A stretch of DNA of 64,000 nt from positions 34,224,001-34,288,000 of the forward strand of contig CM097887.1 in assembly GCA_044892525.1 (NCBI GenBank), written 5' to 3'. Source of the DNA: Schmidtea polychroa (taxonomy: Eukaryota). This document shows, piece after piece, positions 36,703 through 49,100 of the stretch (position 1 is the first letter of the stretch; the number at the start of each line of letters is the position of its first letter). A program made the translations under genes and the position numbers. Below the pieces are notes generated by a model. That model saw only the letters and a list, made by a program, of their open reading frames with translations. It did not search any database and was not told where the DNA came from.

Positions 36703-37170
36703 GGTTAGGACAAACAAGTGATTCTCTCTAAAATGATGTATGTCTCAAATCATTTTGTCAACTCACAGATTTTCCTATGGGTTTTTCTTGAGATTAATTA
36801 ATTTTATTTCAGTCCCAGCCTTCCTAGAGACCTCCCATTATTTTAAAATTATTTAATTTGGCTTCAACTTTTAATTTGTCACTAGTTACAACTTTTCGCA
36901 CCTAAAAATACTAATTTTTACTTTTTTGAATATTTAGTTAACTTTTCATTAATTTCTGACAATTTCCATTTTATATTTGTTTATTTACAATATTGTAAAA
37001 AGGTTTCAAAATTTTTACTTTCGAGGTTCATGAACTGTGTACTTAACGTCTATATTTTTGTTTTCTAAATTTCGTTTTAGATTTAAACAAGCAGTTACAA
37101 AAGTTATCCAAGATTAAATGGAAAGTTGTTTAAATATATATGAAGAAAAATTTCAAAATATTTAAATTTA

Positions 37171-40100
37171 ATGTCTGAAGTTATTGGCTCGCATCAAATT
37201 TCTCTCAAAGAAAAACTTATAATATTTTTTGATGATGCAAAAGGTATGTTTGTAAATCAAAAATTTTTAATTATTATAACATTCATTTAGAAATCGATTT
37301 GAGGCTAAAAGCAGCCCAAGAGTTTTCTGATGCGTTTGAAGTAAAAATGTTAATTATTTAAAATTTTATCAATGATTTTCAGTATTCAGCCCAAAATAGT
37401 GATTATCCAGAAGTACTGAAAGAACTTTATGAACGTTCTCAAAAATTTTTAATGCAAACTGAATCTCAATTTTTACAAGAGAATCCATTACAAATATTAA
37501 GAAAACAATGTCTGGAATTATTTCAAAAAGTTCCACATAATGAACACAACAAACAATATTCAAAGTTGTTTATGAATGTTCTTATGAAACTAGTTGAAGT
37601 TTGATTCGTAATAGTTTACTTTATCTAGTACATTATATATTTTTAGTATGAAAATGAGGAAAATACAATGATTTGTGTAAAACTTTTAGTTGACATTCAC
37701 AAATCTCAACGACCAAATTTTTCTAGTGAAGTCACAAACTTTCTGAAATTTGTTAGAAACGTTTATAAAGAATTACAAAATCACACAAATAAAATTTTCA
37801 CTCATTCACCATTTTACGAAATCGACTCTATTGATGAATTTCCAATAGAAACAAAAGTTTTAGAAACATTTACCGTTACTAAAATACACACGAAACAAAA
37901 GGATTTGAATGATAATAAAATTGATGTATTTATTTAATGTTAAAATTTATATATACCAGTTATTAATTTCAGTTCAATATATTGCCAAAATCTTGTTATT
38001 CATTGAAAGTTATGCAAGAAATTCCCGTGCTTCTAGTGCTCATGTATCAGTTCCATAAGTCTTACATCACCAATGAAATCGCATCATTTATTCCGTTAAT
38101 TATGGAGTTTTTGAATCTAATTCCAAGTGAAGCTCAAAGGTATTATGTAATGCGATCTTGTTAATATAATTAACACTTTCGACATTCCAGAAAAGATGAA
38201 CACTTTAATGAAACGTTATATTTGGATTTTCTTGCTGCACAGGTCAAAACGTTGTCATTTCTTGCGTATGTCGTCAAATTCTTTAAGGTATAAATAGGGA
38301 GTGTTTTTGATTTATATTTTGCATAATTTCATCTTAAAGAAACCGTTAATGGAGAAATATGCAGACAGTCTTGTCCAGGGTATGTATAGGATGATTGTCA
38401 ATATTCCATCGAACGTTACGAATATGAGGAAGGAGTATTTCATTGCCGCTAGACATATTCTCGGCACACAGGAAATAAAGCCAAGTTAATTGGTTTACTT
38501 ATCCAGTTGTTTATGAATGCTGTTTAGGATTCGTTAAGGTGCTGTCAGATCTGATGAACGAGGATATTTTGATCGGCAACGGTTATACAGTCAATCAATT
38601 ATTACGGTAAGTCGATGGTTAGCGCGTGTAATAAAATCTTATAGAAATCTTGAAGGGGAGGGGGGATTGCGCCTCCTGTTCCATTTCTGTATAAGTCGAA
38701 TTTTAGGGGGAGCAGCTATTCTAATTAAAAACACCATCGAATATCATTTAATATAGAATATATAAATTCTTAAAATGCTTTCTTACATAATCATGTATTC
38801 TAAGAGCCAAAATTGGTAACTTTATTGCTATTGGTTGAATACTAACCAATCAGAATGATTTCTAATAATAACATTTTCAATTTCTTATTTTTTAATGAAT
38901 TTTTTACGCAATTAATTTGTCATAAATATATTTGATTTTCAAGTGTAAAAATAATAAACTTTTATATTTATCCGATCTGATAATGAATTATATTATGACT
39001 GGCAACGGTTATACGGTCAATGAATTATTGCAATAACCGATACAATTATAGCTGATGTATTTGAGAAAAGAATGAAATCCATTCTCACTATTCTATAAAG
39101 TAATCTATACAGTCACTATTTGTAAAGAGACATATTTCTTCCTCAGTTTACAGTATTGTTAACAATACTTTTGATTTTTGCGAATTTCTTTCATTCTTTT
39201 TTAATGATATCTAATTGAAAACATCTCAGTTTCCTAATTTAACATATTATAGTTATCTTATATACAGTATAAGCTTTCGCCCCCTTTTAAATTGTCATAG
39301 AACTGCTTACAGTAACTTCGCCCAGTGATTTACCAGTGAAATAGACTATCGAAGAAAGTGACGTACTTGCTTTGATCTCAATTAAACTCAATTCGCTGTC
39401 CTTGCAATTGTTTCTTCAAGTGATTAAACAAGATTTAACCAAGTCAAGGTTATACAATCGATGTGAGACCAGCACGAAGCCCTTTATGGCGATTGTATCC
39501 ACTGTTTGGTGAGTTGCGTGAACTGTGGCTTTGTCAATAGAGGTATTGATTACTGGGCTTCCTTGGCAACTGTTATCACATCATTTATCAATGCACGTTA
39601 GTAGTGAGAGTTAAAGATTCCCCGAATAAACTCGGTTTCTATCACACCTTTGGGATCCCAAAACACACTGAGCATGAGACATTTTCTGTGAAATGTCCCT
39701 GAACGAAGCATTTTTCGTGGATTTCCCTCTAGAAATGTTCATTCTCGAGACTCATTCAAAATTATTCAAAAAATTCTGTCCAAGAGCATGAAAGACTTTT
39801 CTTTTTTTTCTCACATTTCTACTCTCAAGAAAAGTACAACGAATAGATTACATAATTTTCTGATTCCAATGCTCCCCTTCATATTATGCACAGTCTTCTT
39901 GCTTATATTAAGTCTAGTTGACAATTCTCTGTAGGCAATTCGTTTATTATTTTTCAATTTCCAGGAGTCGTAAACTTCTTTCTTCAAAAAATGTCAGTCT
40001 CTATCACACCTTTTGTATCCCAAAACACACTGAGAATTAGACATTTTCTGTAAGATTTCCCTGAACGAAGCATTTTGGTAGATTTACCCTTGGAAACATC

Positions 40101-43100
40101 CATTTACGAGAATCTCGCTTGCTGTATGGAACATAAAGACTGAATGGCGTCTCGTCTTCCGTAACAATAATATTCAAAAATTTCTGTCCAAAAGCATGAA
40201 AGATGACCAAATTTTCTAGACATGTTTGCATTCGCATTTCTACTCTCAATGAACGTAGAATAAATCAATTACATAATTTTATGATTCCAATGCTCCCCTT
40301 TATACTGCACTCCTTATCAAATAGACCGTAACTGACAAAACTACAAAAATCGAGTTAGAGGCGTCAACTGTATGCAGTTGCAATTAACCTTAATTCTGCT
40401 TAGCGATAAGACCGTAACTGCATCACTAGGCCTAGATGCAAACAAATATAAATGGATGATTGGTTTAGGTTAACTGGTTGGCAGAATTGAAAACACGTTT
40501 TTTTCTATTTATCTCCTAAGTGTATTTTTGCAGTTACGGTCTATTTGATAAGGAGGGCAGTATATTCCTCACATTCTTCTTGCTTATATTAAGTCTATTT
40601 GACAATTCTCTGTAGTCAATTCGTCTCTTAGTTCACAATAATCATCAGTTCAAATTTCTCCTCGCCAATTTCCAGGAGTCGTCCATTCTTTCTTCAAAGA
40701 TGAAAACTCTCTAATCCAACTATAAATAGTAGCCTCACATGGTGCTTCATTTACACATGCCTCACACAGCTGATAAACGATCCACTTCTTTTCTGTCTTT
40801 CTCAAAAGCAAAAAACCGATAACACCGCAAAATTCGACTTGCTGATACATTTCTAAAAAACACTCCATGCGTATCTGAAGACTTTTTATCCACACTTCGT
40901 ATGGGTGGATCATAAACATTGGTCGTTTTAGTAAGTTATTAATCATTATTTTATGAAAGTTAGTTAAGTTATTGATTTTATTATAATTTTGTAACATTGG
41001 ATTAAATTTTTATCACAGCATCTGCAATATTTCCCTCCTACCCCCCCCCCCCCCCGCTCTGAAATCTTTTATGTCCCAAGTGACACTTTATTTCTAGACC
41101 TCTAGCATACAGCACTCTGGCTGATTTAATACATTTTGTGAAGTCGGAGTTAAATCTCGCAAAAATTGCCAAAGCAACGAATATGTATATTAAAAATATG
41201 CACGACGATACTCTAGTGTTCAGTATCCAACAAATGAGCATGAAGTTATTACTTAATTTCATCGAGCCAATTAAAATCCGAATTACTCACAACCCTCAAG
41301 AATTGAATGAAGGTCGCGAACTGTTGATAAAAATTCTTTATGCACTTGTGAAACGATTAGGAACAATCAGCAAGCATTATTTACCAAAATTAGAAAAAGG
41401 ATGGTAAAAATTACATGAAGATTTATATCGATTTTTACTTTTAATCCACTAGTCTTGTGGAAAATAATGAAAAACAACTGAATACTGAAGAGAGTGAAGT
41501 AAAATTAAAAACGGAAGAAACAATGGAAGAAGACAAGTTAAAGTTACCGATACTTCCGAAAATTGAAGAGAAACCAGTGAGTATCCTAGATTCCATGACA
41601 AATTAACTGACAATTTAGATAAAACCCGAACATAATCTAGTTTTACCAACTTTAACATTACAAGATTTTAAGATCTTAACAAAGCATTTAATACACGGCA
41701 TTAAAACTATCACATTGACTATAACAAGTTCCAATAAGCTTGTAACCTCCACCTCATCGGTAAGTCGTCAAGAATCGGGTTCTGGCACCATTTCCAATTT
41801 CGATGTCCAGCCCACTCACAAGGATAAATTTCTTGATGGATTCGATGTAAAAATTTATTGCAAACTCATTCGCTATTGTTTGCGAATGATGGATTTATAT
41901 CTCATCTATTATAAAGATGGACAATTGTATCAACGACCACCGAGTACTGCACTCAATGCTAAATTTATTGATGAAAAATCGATTTTGGAAATTATCGGAG
42001 TCATTTTTCTAAATCTAAGTCCAGCTAATTTCAAAGAGGTATTTCAAACACAAATTAAGGTAGGAAAATTATCACATGAAACTTTCCTATTCAATTATAA
42101 TAAACAGTATATAATCGAGAGGGCCAATATTAACAGTTGTATTGTGCAATTATTTCAAATAATTCTCAGCAGTTCTCAAGAAGAACATCCTACCAATTCT
42201 GCAATACTTGCCAATTTGATTTTATCCTATCTATTGGATAACATGGAGATCATTGGTGAAGGTACCCCAGAAGCAATTTTACACACACGCTTATTCAAGC
42301 AAATATTTAATTCCGTTCACACTAATTTAGTTTGTTTTGAAAATGTCCTTGAAGTAAGATATATTTATTTTCTTATTATTGAACAAAAAATCAACATTTA
42401 AAAACAGATTTTAGTATAAATCCCTTTATATATGCAAAATCTCACGGTTGCAAATCATTCTCAAATTCATATGGTTATTTTTCCCCCACAAAGTCCAAAA
42501 AGCCGTTAATATTTCAGGTTTTAGCGCTATAAACACAACTTCGATGTGTTAGTACTGTGGTTCCCAACCTGTGGTACGCGTACCGGTACCGGTACGCGTT
42601 AAATAATAAGGAAAACAATATTTTACGTAAAATAATGTGTTTTTATAAGATAAATCATCAAACCAAAACTATCTTTTTTCTATCCGAATACTTTCCCCTT
42701 CTAGAGACAGAGCAGTCATTTCTTAACAACCAAAAGCCAAACAAAGTTCGTTTCTCTGACGATTAATGCACGTGAATCATGTTCATACTTGTTTTGTATT
42801 CGACTTAAATCGTATCGCACACTTTTTCGCGCTATAACAACTCTGAGGAGTTATTTGCATCCGCTTGTATGTATCTATTCATATTTAAGGAGGGTTACAA
42901 TTGCTTATAATTACAATGGTAACCAAGGGTGTAATGGTACAACTCGTACGCAACAAATATCACTTATTGCACAAAATAGCGTGAGTTAAATATGTAAGTA
43001 TATTTTAATACTCTCAATAAATATTTCATGATTTTGAACTTTATTGCAGCTCTTCTTTTAGGACTCGTTTTTTTCAAAAATATTTATTTATATGTACGCC

Positions 43101-46100
43101 ATAATATTGTCTACTACATGACGGTACAACATTTTAAAAAGGTTGATAACGACTGTTAGTGTTTAATAAAACGGTTGTCTATTCGACAAGTTTCAGCTTG
43201 ATTTGATGACTGAACGATTTGCATTGTTTCACATTCATACTATACCTATGAAGTTAATATAAAGGATTTAAAGATTAAAGACCAAAAAGTCCTTAAACTC
43301 TCATAGAAATAATAAAAATGCCTAAATAATTACATCAAATGTAATGTGATATCATCGGAATGTACTATACCATTTTAGTTTCAGGATGACAATAGTAAAC
43401 TTCAATATGAGAATAGTAAATTTCAATATGAGAAATTTTATTTTGATTTAAAACCATTAATTTTGATACAAAAATATTTGAAATTCAATTTATTAATATT
43501 GTATATTTTCTAAGTTAAGAGCCGCAGTGAATTTTCTTTGAATGCTCGCAATGTAATTGATACATATTATTGGTGTAATTTTATGTAGACATTCTTCCAT
43601 AAGGCTTTCTAAGGTTCTTAATCTTTACTCTTTTATGGTCAAATCTGAATTTCTGTTATTAAGAATACTTGACAACTTTCTTGAGAGCTCTCTTTTAACT
43701 TAACTCTTTACCACAGACCAGACATTTTCAATTGGGTTAAACATTGCACAAAGGCTGAGCATCGTGTTTTCACGAAATCACTGCTCCTGCAAAACTTTCG
43801 ATCATTTCAACAAAATGATCTAAATGATTCCCAGTAATTTTGCTAAATATTTCCCCTCCTGCTTTATCTAAGGTTTCTCCCTCTGCCATCCAACGATATG
43901 CTATTGATTGTGGAATGTTAATTGTACGTGCTAGTTGTCGCCAGTTTCCATCCATGTTTGATATGGCAAGTAATTGCATTTTTTAGATTCTTTTTTTAAT
44001 TTTCGCACATATATTTTTGGCCTTTCGATTTTGTTATACAAACATATATAAACAATTGTAATTCTGCTGCTTAATTTAAACAATTTGTAGGAAATCAGGC
44101 TTACTTTTCTCATTTTAGTTTTTACCAATTCTCATATTAAAATTTACTATTCTAATATTGAATTTTATCCCACTTTAAAATTTACTATTTTCATTTTGAG
44201 GTTTACTATTCTCATTTGGAAACTGACAAATTTATCGTAGGATTTTATGACAAATTAAATTGTTTTATCAATAAGTAGGTCTTCATCCAGGAAAATAAAT
44301 TCAATACCAGTATTTAAGATCCAACGAAAGCCGTGAATTTCAGTTATGGCTTTTTTCAATCAACCATTTCAAATATTGCCTCGCATTACTGAATCTATTC
44401 CGAATCAATCTATATATATATAGATAGATAGACGGATTATATAATATATGTTTAATTTTCATCAAATAATCTGTCAACTCCATTCTGAAAATTGCACGAG
44501 GCAACGCTCAAGCTTCATAAATTAGCATAGTGTACACCATCTCCGAAATCTAAAACGATACCGTTAGTTCTTCCTAAAGTATAAAGCGACAGAACAGTAA
44601 AATTGAATGTTTGAAACATGATTTGGGTTATTTTCTCTGTTAGCTTGTGGAATCAGTATTTTCTTAAATTCCAGATTTTTCCATGTTATCTAAATTTGTT
44701 AGAACACCGCGTTCAATTGGATATTTAAGTTAAAACACCCCTCATAGACTAAGCCTCGTCACCAACGTAGCTTATCTTTTTGACCCATATCAACTTTAAC
44801 ATCTTGATATCCCTGTCCATCAACAATTTATCGTCAATTACTAAGAGATTAATACCCTTTTCCATTTTCTTTTTCGTATTATTCAAATATGAAAATTAAT
44901 AATAAAATTTCACAAGCAAAATTTAATATATTTTGAAATTACAATTTATATTAATCATAAAATCACTTCTAACAAAAGAAATTCCAGAAGAATAGAAATA
45001 AAATTCAGCAATCAAAAGTATACTCATCCAATTACTAACTTAACTACTCGCGTCTGAAACTAGACCAATACATGTGTGCGCACACAGATGCTGGTAGCCA
45101 GAATTAACAATTTATATATTTTACTGACAAATTATAAGTAATTTATTAAGTTAATTTTTTATATTGTTATTTAAAAAAATCACCACTTGAATTTATGAAC
45201 CAAGCTCATTCGGGATTTGTTTTCCTATATTTATACCTGGTTAATTATAAATGTATTTCAAATAGGCAGTTTGAAACGAATTGCACTAAAAATCTCCTGA
45301 TACCTCTAACTCGATAGATATTTATGATTAGTAACATCTATTTTTTATATACAATATAATAATGCAATTAGGGAATGAAATACCGGACGAAAAAACAATA
45401 TCGGTATTCAAAGAAATTAATTGAATAACACTTGTTTCAAAAATTATTCATATTTTTATTTGTTATGTATGAAAATTTACATTTTGCAATATAAATTAAT
45501 AAAAATATATTTCAATAAAAATTTTGTTGGTCTATTTTGTAGAATACTTTTCGAATCGTTATTTATCTCCTTTATTATTTATCTTTTAAAAAACAAAGAG
45601 CATCCAAAGTTATTTCATACATTCTGCATCGCAACTTATTTAAAATTCAGCCCTTTCGGGTTCAAAGCTGGTAGAGCGAACTGTTAAAAGAATTTCGTAA
45701 ACCTGTTGGAGAAATTTTACATTTCGCATAACCTCCTTTTTCTTCTTTGAGAAAGAAAAACTAGACCGAATTTTCATCTCTGCCTTTTGAATGATGAACA
45801 AACTTCATACCTGAACTCCATGGGTTAAATTAGATTATTAAAAAAAATTAAAATTGTATATACAATATTGATAATTTATAAACAGATTATTAAATCTATA
45901 AGTTTTAAATTATAAATTATTTTTTAAAAAATTATTTTTTAAAACTATAATTTAAAAAATATTATTGCACATTGATTTTCCTATTAAAAATTCTTACCAA
46001 TATTGCTTTTACCACAAACATAGAAGCAGTCGAGAGAATGAGAAATAAAGAAATAAAATTCATCAAATGTTAATTTCCTGTGCTTGTTACAGTAGATAAA

Positions 46101-49100
46101 TGATAAAACTGTTATTGAAAAACAACTTAAGATTGAAATACCGAAATATTTAATGTATTCAATCTTTGCAATCGAATATTTAATACCGTAAAAGTTTGCT
46201 CGGTATCCCGGTATTGCATTTCCTAAATACAATTTTGTGAAAATGTTGATTCTTTTTGGTTTTAAATACTGTTCATTCATTAAATATGAATCAACTTGTG
46301 CATATTATTTATTTAAACTAATTTTAATGATATTCAGGTTCATTTGAAACGAATAGTATTAGGATGTATGAAATATGCTTTATCAGCAAAAGATCCAAGT
46401 AGTTTTATGTGCTTACTTCGATATTTGTTTCGTTCAATTGGGGGAGGAGCTCATGAGAGACTTTATAGGGAATTTTTACCTCTTTTACCTCTGATGTTAA
46501 CAGGCCTTAGTAGCTTACTACGATCGCCTCACACAAATCAAGTACGGGATCTGTTAGGAGAATTATGTGTGATCGTTCCAGTTCGATTAAGTACACTACT
46601 TCCACATTTATCTCTTTTGATGGAGCCTTTGGTGCATGTTTTATCGTGTAATACAATTAGCCAAGTAATGCTAGGAATTAGATTGTGGCTTTATTTATTT
46701 TTGAAGGGATTAAGAACACTAGAACTCTGCGTTGATAATATGTCGCCGGAATATTTATATCAAAATATGTATCCTGTACGGGGTGACATCATGTTTGCTA
46801 TGCTGCAGAGTTTTCGTTGTAAAAGTGAACAAGTTGAGATTTATTAGAAAAACTCTTAGAAAATCGTCAATTAATTTGATTTTAGGTTAATCGCACTGCA
46901 TTCAAAGTTTTAGGTAAAATGGGACGGTACAATAGATGCGATTTATTAGAATCTCAGCAAATACAATTTGATTCGTGGCAAAATCAAACTGGACCAGAAA
47001 TAAATCTACGGTTTACTGAATTTCCAGAGGACTCTATTAATTTACCCGTGAAAGAAATCGTGTTTACTGCAGTACAATTTCTAAAAGTAATTAGTTAAAT
47101 TAACTAACTAATTAATTCAATTAATAATTAAAAATTTTTGATTGTTCAGTCAGAAAAAGTTGAAGCTCAATCAAAAGAGAAATCTGAGCGTGTAGTTAAG
47201 GCCTGGGCATTTTTAAAGTCATTTATTGTGAAAGTTGTTGATGAGCTTGGATCAAATGTAAATGTTGAGTCTTTTAGTTTAACTAAATTTCGAAAAGTAC
47301 CAATGAGATCTCGTATAGAAGTAGAACCAGGTGAATATCAATGGATCGGTGTAAATTATGATATTACTAATGAGCGTCAGTACAAATTCACCGATAATGC
47401 ATTTGCGTTTAAAACCCATGAACCGGTAAATTTGATAGATTCCGAATTGATCCTCATCTCAGAAATGAAAGGTTTCATAAATATTATAATTGCTTATTAT
47501 TCCCACATTGTAAATAGAATATGATATTGCAAAATCTGCCTTGGTTGGTTTATTTATCGGATGTCTACATGATCAGATCAGGAAAACAAATATAGATTTT
47601 GTAATTTATTTAGTACAACAGTTAACAATTTGTGCATTGGCTGAGCATTGCAAATATTCTTTTACAGAATCTACAGATTTTAACGACTCAGAGGTATATA
47701 TATTTTCAAAATATTAAAAACAATCTTTTATTTTTTGATTTTCCACTTCTTATTTTTATTTTTTTGCTGACTAGATAAATATTTCGTTTTATAGCAGAAA
47801 TTTTCAACATATCTTTTTTCTAAAATATTTTTTTTATTTTTATCCTTTCCTCTTCGTTTTCCCTTTTCTCTTCTCTATTGCTTTTCTTTTTCCCTACATT
47901 TTTTCCTCTTCCATTTTTCTTTTCTTTTTTGCTTTATTTTACATCTTGCTCCACTTTTTTCGTTCTTTCTTTTCCCTCCCTTTTTCCTTTTCTTTTTTTC
48001 TTTCCTTTCCTTTTTTTTCTTTTTTTCGCTCTTTCTTTTTCCTTTCCATTCGTTTACTTCTACATTTTGCTTTCCATATTTTATTTCCCTTTCTCTTTCA
48101 TTTTTTAAATTATTTTTTTATTTTTTTCTCTTTTTTTCTAGTTACCTTCTTGCTTTACTTTTTCCTTTTCTTTGTTTTTTCTTTTCTTTATCCTTCCTTT
48201 TCTTTTTTTCATTTTTTTATTTTCTCCCTTTTTTCTCTTTTTTCGTTCTTTTTCCTTTCCATTCGTTTACTTCTACATTTTCCTTTCCATATTTTATTTC
48301 CCTTTCTCTTTCATTTTTTAATTATTTTTTCTCTTTTTCTAGTTATCCTCTTGCTTTACTTTTTCCTTTTCTTTGTTTTTTCTTTTCTTTATCCTTCCTT
48401 TTCTTTTTTCCATTTTTTATTTTCCCCTATTTTCGTTCTTTTCCCTTTCCTTTTTTCTTTTATTCCGTTTTTTCCTTTTCATTCGTTTACTTCTTTCTTT
48501 TCCTTTTCATTTATTATTTCATTTTCATTTTTTCTAGTTATTTGTTAACTGTTACTTACCGAAACTCATTTCTGATATTTAGAAAGTCTCATATTTTTCT
48601 GTTACTCGTTTGCTTGTCGATTCAATTATCGAAACAATGGCATATGAAGATAAGGATTGTATAAGAATTGGAACAATTTGTCTTGAAAGAATAACTGCTA
48701 TTATATTATCTGCATCTGAAAATAAAATGGCTGCCTCTAACCTACCGATATTTAATTTATTTGCTCAGAGAATAATTCAATTATTACACAAAACAGCCTG
48801 GTAAGTACATGATCATTGGGGTTGTTAGTAATATCATAAAAAAATCCCAGGTATGCCAGATGGGGAGGATGTGCGATTTTAACGATTTTAATCCGTGAAC
48901 TTCATCCCTGTTGGTTATGGGGTCACCTTTTAGATTTCCTCAAGGGATTATTCTACACAATTACCGATCTAAATCTGCAAATCTGCCAGGGCGCATTAAC
49001 TATGGCTAAAACTTGCTTGGAATTACTGATAGAATATTCGCTAAATGAAATAGGAAAATTAGCAGTACTCGATTCTGCTTCTAGCGAAGAGGAACGCATG

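Noticed and set aside
47878-48548. 200-aa and 76-aa Phe/Ser/Leu-rich ORFs
   Set aside because: By-products of the polypyrimidine tract, which lacks stop codons.
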